A stretch of 64,000 bases of DNA from an uncultured bacterium (GTDB lineage Bacteria > Bacteroidota > Bacteroidia > Chitinophagales > Chitinophagaceae), in NCBI GenBank assembly GCA_966095395.1, contig CBHTSW010000016.1, forward strand, positions 12,113-76,112. The letters are read 5' to 3'. This document shows positions 57,250 through 64,000 of this stretch, piece by piece. The number at the start of each line of letters is the position of its first letter. The stretch's first letter is position 1. The notes beneath the pieces were generated by a model. That model was not told where the DNA came from and did not search any database. It saw only the letters and a list, made by a program, of their open reading frames with translations. Both the position numbers and the translations under genes were made by a program.

Positions 57250-57972
57250 TTAGTAAGGCCTGACCAAAACAATGTTTTGCTTTCGCAGATACTCCAGCAA
57301 ATAGGGGTAATGATCATCGCCGGTAAGAACGACAATGGTTTTACCAGGATACTTTTTTAGAAGCGCACCAAGCCTTTCCTGCATCCTTTTATTTCTTTCA
57401 GTATAAAAATCTGTAAGCTCGGCAAAATCACTTCCCTGCAATTGCAGGTTCAGGCAGTCATAATACACTTTGGTTAAAATCGCATCGCTGCTCCGCAGTA
57501 TATTTTTAAGTGAATTGCCTTTAAGAATTTTCATCCTCTCTTCCGTGTAAGACCGGCAGCGGCTCAACCTGGAGGTATAAACGCTGTCGGTGTCCAGCAA
57601 ACGCTCCAAAGCCTTTATCCGGAATTGATCCTGCCAGTAGCGTTCCGGAATGGGCTTTCCTTCCAGTTCACGTCCCAACCAGTCAAATCCTTCCATAGCA
57701 GCGGAAGAAAACCAATACCGCATCATCCACATTTCATACGGATAGTTCTTTTTTAAATAGGCCGTATCGGAAGCTACATCTTCGGCTCTTATCTCCACCG
57801 CAATTACATCAGGATGCAATCTTGCTATGGTCGCTTTCAGCGAATCATAAGTGTACAGATGATTGGTCTTATGCCATCCGTGAAGTGTTGGAATGAGGCA
57901 AAGCTTTGTTTGCGCAAAGCCTGCCACAAACAGGCAAAGACCCAGTACTGTAATAAAAAATCGTTTGTTCAT
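57250..57972 (-). CDS. Hypothetical secreted protein
   Basis: Signal peptide MNKRFFITVLGLCLFVAGFAQ, 240 aa. Family not assigned with confidence. Confidence 0.5.
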   Translation of the reverse strand: MNKRFFITVLGLCLFVAGFAQTKLCLIPTLHGWHKTNHLYTYDSLKATIARLHPDVIAVEIRAEDVASDTAYLKKNYPYEMWMMRYWFSSAAMEGFDWLGRELEGKPIPERYWQDQFRIKALERLLDTDSVYTSRLSRCRSYTEERMKILKGNSLKNILRSSDAILTKVYYDCLNLQLQGSDFAELTDFYTERNKRMQERLGALLKKYPGKTIVVLTGDDHYPYLLEYLRKQNIVLVRPY

Positions 57973-57974
57973 GA

Positions 57975-59114
57975 TTAACCAATAGCCTGCTTCAGATCTT
58001 CCATCAGGTCCTCTACATCTTCAATGCCTACACTTAAACGGATCAAAGAATCGGTCAGCCCGTTTTTTAATCTTTCTTCCCTGGGTATGGAGGCATGTGT
58101 CATGGTAGCCGGATGGTTGATCAGCGATTCCACCCCACCCAAACTTTCCGCCAGTGCAAACACTTTCGTTGAAGTGAGCACTTTTTTAGCCGCCTCCGTA
58201 CTGTCATCTTTTAATTCAAAGCTCATCATACCGCCAAAACCACGCATTTGCTTTTTGGCCACTTCATAATTGGGATGATCTTCAAAACCGCACCAGTACA
58301 CCTTACCCACTTTAGGATGACTGCGCAGGAAGCGGGCCACCTTTTCTCCGTTCTCACAATGGCGTTGCATACGAACGTGCAGGGTTTTAATACCTCTCAG
58401 CACTAAAAAACAATCCTGGGGGCCAGGCACCGCACCGCAGCTTTTTTGTATAAAGTATAACTGATCTCTTAGCGCCGTGTCATTCATCATTAAACAACCT
58501 TGTATTACATCACTATGCCCTCCCAGGTATTTAGTGGCTGAATGCATGACAATGTCAGCACCAAGGTCTAATGGATTTTGCAAATACGGTGTGGCGAAAG
58601 TATTGTCAACACACAGCAGGGCCTTTGCTTCTTTTGCAATAGCGGCCACCGCAGCAATATCAACAATATTCAGTAAAGGATTGGTTGGCGTTTCGACCCA
58701 TATAAGCCTGGTATTGCTGTTTACATACCGGCGAATAGAAGCTGCATCATGCATGTTTACGTAATGAAATTTGATACCGAACTTTTCAAAAATCTTCGTA
58801 AACAAGCGGTAGGTTCCTCCATACAGATCATTACCTGTTATCACTTCGTCACCGGGTTGCAACAGTTTAACAACCGCATCGGTTGCGGCGACCCCACTGC
58901 TAAACGCCAGGCCATGCTTACCGTTTTCAATAGCCGCAAAAGCTGCCTCCAGTGCCGTACGGGTGGGATTTTGACTTCTTGCATATTCATAGCCTTTATT
59001 CTGGGCAGGTCCTTCCTGCACATACGTGGAGGTTTGATAGATGGGCGTCATGATAGCACCCGTAGTAGGATCGGGCTCAACACCTGCATGTATGAATTTT
59101 GTTCCAAGCTTCAT
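57975..59114 (-). CDS. PLP-dependent transsulfuration enzyme (cystathionine gamma-synthase/beta- or gamma-lyase family)
   Basis: PLP-lysine segment [12 protein letters not shown], 379 aa, Cys/Met-metabolism family pattern throughout. ATG verified. Confidence 0.88.
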   Translation of the reverse strand: MKLGTKFIHAGVEPDPTTGAIMTPIYQTSTYVQEGPAQNKGYEYARSQNPTRTALEAAFAAIENGKHGLAFSSGVAATDAVVKLLQPGDEVITGNDLYGGTYRLFTKIFEKFGIKFHYVNMHDAASIRRYVNSNTRLIWVETPTNPLLNIVDIAAVAAIAKEAKALLCVDNTFATPYLQNPLDLGADIVMHSATKYLGGHSDVIQGCLMMNDTALRDQLYFIQKSCGAVPGPQDCFLVLRGIKTLHVRMQRHCENGEKVARFLRSHPKVGKVYWCGFEDHPNYEVAKKQMRGFGGMMSFELKDDSTEAAKKVLTSTKVFALAESLGGVESLINHPATMTHASIPREERLKNGLTDSLIRLSVGIEDVEDLMEDLKQAIG

Positions 59115-59417
59115 ATAGTTAATTTTAAGAAGTGCAAAGATGGAGAATAAGATTCATCTTCAGGTAGGCTCCTTTTTCCCGTTCATCCGCCTTATTTCCA
59201 GTTTAACAATAGCTTAACCGGCAAAATGTAACAAGCAAAAACACACTCCATAGCAGGAAATTTACCTTTCAACACTGTTTTTTAGCAATTCGGAAAAAAC
59301 GGCAATGGCTTCGTTTGGCAGTTCAAAAAATACGTTTGCCGCTGGCGTAGAAGTGCTTGACGAAATGTTTCGTACAATTTACCTTCACAGTATTCTTTCA
59401 ATCAAAACCTCTCAACC

Positions 59418-59852
59418 ATGAAAAAAATAATCGCCATTGCCGCAGCATCCATCTTGTTTGTGTCTGCATCGTTTGCAGCTGATCCTAACCAAAAAGTGCT
59501 GGATGCTTTTAGTAAAACGTTCAAGCAGGTAAAAGAAGTAAGCTGGCAGGATGTTGACAATAACTACGAAGCTAATTTCAACCAGAACAATATCACCTAC
59601 CGGGTTATGTACGACCAGGAAGGGAACGTGGTGAAGAGCATCCGTTACTATTATGCGCAAAACCTGCCCATATTTATCCAGGCCAAGCTCACCAAAAAAT
59701 ACGATGGTAAAAAAGTGTTCGGTGTTACGGAGCTTACTACCGAAAGTGATGTTATTTACTACATCATATTAGAGGACGCAAAAACCTGGACGCATGTACA
59801 ATCCGATGCGTATGGAAATATGTTCACCGAAAAGAAGTTGAAAAAAGCATAA
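59418..59852 (+). CDS. Hypothetical periplasmic protein (PepSY-like fold suspected)
   Basis: Signal peptide MKKIIAIAAASILFVSASFA, 144 aa. ATG verified. The domain guess is from memory only. Confidence 0.5.
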   Translation: MKKIIAIAAASILFVSASFAADPNQKVLDAFSKTFKQVKEVSWQDVDNNYEANFNQNNITYRVMYDQEGNVVKSIRYYYAQNLPIFIQAKLTKKYDGKKVFGVTELTTESDVIYYIILEDAKTWTHVQSDAYGNMFTEKKLKKA

Positions 59853-59856
59853 AGCC

Positions 59857-61704
59857 TTATTGGAATAAAAACGCAGCGCTCCAGTATTTCCAGTCTTTGT
59901 TTTCAGCTACATGAGCATCATGTGGCTGAATTTTTTTGCGGAGTACGGAAGGGTTTAAAATTTGTTGGTGAACCAATACTTCCTTTGCTTTTTGTATTTC
60001 CACTTGCACGTCCGCATTCGCCATCCATTTTTTTTGCGGCGGCTCAAAACCCACTTTGTCTTTGCGCCATGTTATTTCTTTTGGCAAAACATCGTCAACT
60101 GATTTTCTAAGCATCCATTTTGTCCAGCCCCCATGGATTTTGAAATGCGGGGGTAGCGTAAATAAAAACGCTACCAGGTGATGGCTCAAAAAAGGAAGCC
60201 GCACTTCCACCGAATGGGCCATGCTGTTTCTATCCGCCAGGCGCAACAATTCTTCTAACCCGTTTACAAATGTGTTGAAGTATAAAGCACTGTTGAGATC
60301 AAAGCGGGCCGGTGTGCTGTAATAGAGCTCTCTTTTATGAGCAAAGGCAAAATCCCTGTTTAAATCCGGGTGACGAAAGGCTTGTTTTGCCTTGCGGGTT
60401 TGCAACAGGCTTGCCGCCAGGTCAGGAAACAAAGCGGCGATCTTATTTTGCCACCCAAATGATTCCTCTACACCCAAAGCCTGTGCGGCTTTTAATTCAT
60501 GGCTCTTGTTCAATTTTTTTTGGCGGTACAATTCCTGCCAATACCATTTGTAGTATTTGCGATAGCCCGCCAACACTTCATCAGCTCCCTGTCCATCCAG
60601 TAAAACCGTTACTCCATTTTGTTTTGCCTGTTCAAAAACCTTGTATTGCGCCAAAGCACTTGCCGAAGCAATAGGCTCCTGCTGGTGGGCCATCAGCTTT
60701 TGCATGAGGGCAACCATATCCCCCTCTTTTATTTCAGTAACGTGATGATCCAGGCCAAACTGCTTTGCCACCCGTTGTGCATACACCAATTCATCCTTTT
60801 CAAAACCGGGAAAGGAAGCGGTAAAACATTTATGCGAATAGCTGGTGCTGGTTTGCTTATCGCAAAAAGCCACTACAGCCGAACTGTCCAGGCCCCCACT
60901 CAGGCTGGTACCAATGGGTACATCACTTCGCAAACGCTTATGAATGGATTGGGTAAGAAGCTCTTTGAATTGTTCAATGGCTGCTGCTTCGGAGATCCTG
61001 GCATTAACTTCCGGATACACCTGCCAGTATTTTTCTATGGTTAATTCCTGTTTCAACAGGGAATAAGAAAGAAAACCGGCGGCCGGCAATTTCTGTATGT
61101 TCTCAAAAAAAGTTTCGCCGGGGTTTGCAGGATTGCCGGTATAATCAATAGAAAGGAAATTATACAGCAGGGCCTTATTGACTTCTTTTTCAATTCCCAT
61201 ATTCCACAGGGCTTTCATTTCTGAAGCAAAAGCCAGTTGGCTTCTATCATAAAAAAAGAAGAAAGGCTTTTCACCAAACCGGTCCCTTGCCGCAAAAAGT
61301 TCTTGCTCTGTTTCGTCCCAAATGGCAAAGGCAAAAGCGCCGTCAAAGCGTTGCAGGCAATTCTTTCCAAAAGCATCAAAAGCAGCCACAATCACTTCGG
61401 TGTCGGAGGCTGAGTAAAAAGGATAGCCTTTGTTTTTTAGCTCCTGTCGCAATTCAACATGGTTGTACAATTCACCATTATGAATAATGTAATAGCGGTT
61501 TAGATAGTACATGGGTTGCGCAGCCCTGCTGCTTAAATCAAGAATGCATAACCTTCGGTGCCCCAACGCAACGGTTTGTTGAGGATTTATAAAATACCCT
61601 TCACTTTCCGGGCCGCGATGGGTTAAAGCAGTTGTTGCTTTTTCAATGCGCTGCTGGGAGACCAGCACTGAATTTTTTGAAACGACTCCTGCAATACCAC
61701 ACAT
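59857..61704 (-). CDS. asnB: Asparagine synthase (glutamine-hydrolysing)
   Basis: N-terminal MCGIAG (Ntn amidotransferase Cys2) and the synthetase PP-loop SLSGGLDSS, 615 aa. Confidence 0.92.
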   Translation of the reverse strand: MCGIAGVVSKNSVLVSQQRIEKATTALTHRGPESEGYFINPQQTVALGHRRLCILDLSSRAAQPMYYLNRYYIIHNGELYNHVELRQELKNKGYPFYSASDTEVIVAAFDAFGKNCLQRFDGAFAFAIWDETEQELFAARDRFGEKPFFFFYDRSQLAFASEMKALWNMGIEKEVNKALLYNFLSIDYTGNPANPGETFFENIQKLPAAGFLSYSLLKQELTIEKYWQVYPEVNARISEAAAIEQFKELLTQSIHKRLRSDVPIGTSLSGGLDSSAVVAFCDKQTSTSYSHKCFTASFPGFEKDELVYAQRVAKQFGLDHHVTEIKEGDMVALMQKLMAHQQEPIASASALAQYKVFEQAKQNGVTVLLDGQGADEVLAGYRKYYKWYWQELYRQKKLNKSHELKAAQALGVEESFGWQNKIAALFPDLAASLLQTRKAKQAFRHPDLNRDFAFAHKRELYYSTPARFDLNSALYFNTFVNGLEELLRLADRNSMAHSVEVRLPFLSHHLVAFLFTLPPHFKIHGGWTKWMLRKSVDDVLPKEITWRKDKVGFEPPQKKWMANADVQVEIQKAKEVLVHQQILNPSVLRKKIQPHDAHVAENKDWKYWSAAFLFQ

Positions 61705-61715
61705 GTATATGCTTT

Positions 61716-62333
61716 CTAAAATTGAATTGGCAAACGTGCCACAACCGTATCCCAGGCCATTACCAGGTCGGCGCCGCTACCGGTCTGCTGAAACACCATG
61801 CTGAAATATTCAACCGGCTGGTTGGTAATTTGAATAGGAATATCAAACGTAAACACATCGTCCTTGGGGTTAGGCCTCAATCCCCATGTGTTTAAATTGG
61901 TATTCAGAACAATGGTCCATTTATCCTGGTAAGGAATGGTATAAATCACATACTTCCCTTTCGTTACTTTTTTATTTTGAATGGTTACCGGCTGAAAGAA
62001 TTCTATTTCTGTTGCTTCGTTTGCTCCCAGGCGCCAGGGCTCTCCGTATTTCAGCAGCGAACCAAATATCCTTCTTCCCTGGCGGTGCGGACGGCTGTAA
62101 ATAACCCTCGCCACAGGCGGCTTATTTGTTTTCTCAGACATTTTCTGCACCGGGTAATCTACTGGAAAATAACTCATGTCCATGGGTGACACATCAACAG
62201 GCGCATAAGGATTGAGGCTATCTGTTTTCAACAGGTTTGAATCTTTTGGAAGCAGTGTTGGGCGTACAGATGGCTGACTCCTTTGTTCATTACATGATAC
62301 CAATCCAAGAAGGACCACAAAAAACCATTTCAT
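61716..62333 (-). CDS. DUF2911 domain-containing protein
   Basis: Signal/lipoprotein N-terminus (LLGLVSC) and the characteristic ...YSRPHRQGRRIFGSLLKYGEPWRLGANEATEIEF... segment. ATG verified. Confidence 0.75.
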   Translation of the reverse strand: MKWFFVVLLGLVSCNEQRSQPSVRPTLLPKDSNLLKTDSLNPYAPVDVSPMDMSYFPVDYPVQKMSEKTNKPPVARVIYSRPHRQGRRIFGSLLKYGEPWRLGANEATEIEFFQPVTIQNKKVTKGKYVIYTIPYQDKWTIVLNTNLNTWGLRPNPKDDVFTFDIPIQITNQPVEYFSMVFQQTGSGADLVMAWDTVVARLPIQF

Positions 62334-62381
62334 GCCGAAAAAATACGGCTTTTCAGGTAGGCAGCAAAAAGACCGAGAGAA

Positions 62382-62780
62382 GTTTGTAGTTTATAGTTTG
62401 TGGTTTGTAGTTGTTTAGAGCGATGATTCAATTCGCCATTTAAATTTTTCTTATTCCCGTGATTTTATTTTTTGTACTTAGCTGCCTTGCTGCTATGGGC
62501 TTTGGTTGTGTCACGCCCCTGTACGCCTTGTTCGCCAGGCAACTTTTATTTCCCGCCACGATCGCAGCGGTACGGTAGCGCAGCGTCGTGGCTCCGTTGC
62601 GTTCGCTGCGGGAAATGAGGACGAATAGAATGGTTACAGCACAAGAGTGCGACGCTAAGAACGTTCCCTCAGGGAACGAAAGCCGGCAGCAAAAAAATAG
62701 CCACTTAAAAAAGGAATTACGAACCAAAAAAAAATGAAAGACTGGTTTAAAAAACCATAAACCACAAACTATAAATTACC
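62382..62780. repeat. MITE-like spacer bounded by inverted GTTTRTRG-type tracts, containing hairpin-repeat copy B
   Basis: The left tract is GTTTGTAGTTTATAGTTTGTGGTTTGTAGTTGTTTAG (62382-62418). The right tract (62752-62780) is the reverse complement of GGTAATTTATAGTTTGTGGTTTATGGTTT. They share an identical 17-mer, TTTATAGTTTGTGGTTT. An internal hairpin lies at 62548-62616. Confidence 0.55.
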
Positions 62781-62788
62781 AACAGTTT

Positions 62789-64000
62789 TTATTTCTTTTC
62801 CGGCACGGTGATCCAATTATGTTCGTCTTTGGCAATGAGGGCTTCCGAATCTTCGGGCCCCCAGGAGCCGGGAGCATAGTTGGGAAAATCAACAGGCTGC
62901 CGTGCTTGCCAGGTTTCTGAGATCGGTTCAATAATCTTCCAGGCGGCTTCCACTTGGTCGGCTCGCATAAAAAGTGTGGCATTGCCTTCAATCACATCAT
63001 CCAGCAGGGTTTCATACGCCTCGGGCTGGTTATCGCCATAGGCTTCCGTATAACTAAAGGTCATGTCCACCGGCTGCAATACCATGTGCGGGCCTGGTTG
63101 TTTAGCCTGAAAACGAAGCCGTATATCCATGCTGGGTTGTATGCTGATGGTTAACCGGTTTGGCCGCCATGTTTCTCCAGCCTCCGGGGGAAATGCATAT
63201 TGCGGCGCCGGTTTGAACTGTATGGAGATAATGGTCATTTTGGATTGCATGGCCTTGCCCGTACGAACGTAAAATGGAACGTCTTTCCATCGCCAGTTGT
63301 CCACGTAAAATTTTACGGCCGCAAATGTTTCTACAAAAGATTGGGGGGATACGTTTTTTTCTTCACGGTACGCCTTCATTTGCTTGCCCTGCATCCATCC
63401 GCTGCCATACTGGCCGCGAACAGCATTTTTATGTACTTCGTCTTTTTCCCATTTACGGATGGCCATCAGTACATCCACCTTTTTATTGCGGATCTCATCG
63501 GCATTAAAAGACACGGGAGCTTCCATGGCTATCATACAAAGCAACTGCAGGATATGATTTTGGACCATATCTTTTAATGCGCCGGAGTGTTCATAATAAT
63601 TACCGCGGTCCTCTACACCAAGTTCTTCCGCCGCGGTTATTTGTACGTGGTCAATATATTTGCAGTTCCATATGGGCTCAAATAACCCGTTGGCAAAACG
63701 CAGGGCCAGAATATTTTGTACGGTTTCCTTACCCAGGTAATGATCGATGCGGTAGATCTGCTCTTCTTTAAATAAATGGCCAAGCCGGGCATTCAGTTCT
63801 GTAGCGCTTTTCAAATCGTGCCCAAAGGGTTTTTCAAATACCATTCGTGAGCGGGAGGCATTGGAGGTGAGCTTTGCCTTGTGCAATTTTTCGGCAATGG
63901 TTGGCGCCAGTTGCGGCGCTACCGACAGATAATAAATGGTGGTGACTTTGGCCTTCCATGCCGCTTCTGTTTTTTTGACCCGGGAAGCTATGGTTTTGTA
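62789..64000 (-). CDS. zwf: Glucose-6-phosphate dehydrogenase (N-terminus beyond window)
   Basis: RIDHYLGKE active-site motif. The minus-strand frame stays open to nt 64000 (...YYLSVAPQLAPTIAEKLHKAKL...), so the track start at 63886 (TTG) is internal. Stop at 62789-62791. Confidence 0.92.
   Translation of the reverse strand, partial: YKTIASRVKKTEAAWKAKVTTIYYLSVAPQLAPTIAEKLHKAKLTSNASRSRMVFEKPFGHDLKSATELNARLGHLFKEEQIYRIDHYLGKETVQNILALRFANGLFEPIWNCKYIDHVQITAAEELGVEDRGNYYEHSGALKDMVQNHILQLLCMIAMEAPVSFNADEIRNKKVDVLMAIRKWEKDEVHKNAVRGQYGSGWMQGKQMKAYREEKNVSPQSFVETFAAVKFYVDNWRWKDVPFYVRTGKAMQSKMTIISIQFKPAPQYAFPPEAGETWRPNRLTISIQPSMDIRLRFQAKQPGPHMVLQPVDMTFSYTEAYGDNQPEAYETLLDDVIEGNATLFMRADQVEAAWKIIEPISETWQARQPVDFPNYAPGSWGPEDSEALIAKDEHNWITVPEKK

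Noticed and set aside
59314-59338. Bacteroidota-type promoter (TTTG ... TACGTTTG) for the 59418 gene
   Set aside because: The TAnnTTTG match is real. The only upstream TTTG is 13 nt away, too close compared with the 19-21 nt spacing known for this promoter class.
59115-59417. Possible SAM riboswitch in the about 300-nt leader of the PLP transsulfuration gene
   Set aside because: On the minus strand I could find only a short AATAAG...CTTATT helix (59146-51 / 59191-96) enclosing about 39 nt. I saw none of the conserved SAM-I core sequences and no recognisable SAM-II/V AAAGC-type 3' element. It still deserves an Infernal scan, but the sequence alone does not support it.
62440-62727. 95-aa minus-strand ORF in the zwf-DUF2911 spacer
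   Set aside because: It starts at TTG and runs through the hairpin repeat and palindromes. It has an Arg/Cys/Ser-rich composition typical of translated GC-rich repeats. I judge it spurious.

Overview
This is a Bacteroidota-type chromosome segment. It carries a SusC/SusD pair, gldC, a T9SS-type C-terminal sorting domain and a uppS-bamA-skp-skp-murI cluster, and is probably Chitinophagaceae/Sphingobacteriia-like (inference only). I support about 60 CDS, mostly housekeeping: rpmH-rnpA-yidD, sod, tadA, nadK, dusB, cdsA, asnB, zwf, glycosyltransferases and an acyl-CoA dehydrogenase. rpmH (51 aa) is missing from the ORF track and was found by hand translation. Many track ORFs start at TTG/GTG, so I moved several starts to the first in-frame ATG or to a non-overlapping start. 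I saw no rRNA, no canonical tRNA and no CRISPR array. The only clearly accessory stretch is about 39.5-49.5 kb. It contains (i) a promoter-to-terminator unit with no credible CDS that folds in tRNA order, with a canonical T arm but about 99 nt where the variable loop should be. It contains (ii) a complete 1708-bp ISL3-family IS with perfect 23-bp terminal inverted repeats and no target-site duplication. It contains (iii) a low-GC block of about 7.6 kb encoding an Xis-like HTH, an AlbA_2/COG2865-like protein, an HsdR_N-type PD-(D/E)xK nuclease-like protein and many unrecognisable small, membrane or secreted ORFs, with no integrase. That block is the best place to look for an undescribed system such as a defence island, but I cannot name a system from sequence alone. 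Outside it there are several dispersed intergenic repeat families: a 61-nt hairpin element, GTTTRTRG-type tracts bounding a MITE-like spacer, and C5G5-palindrome inverted repeats around a terminator. There is also a recurring ATGAACCCT motif upstream of uppS and bamA.
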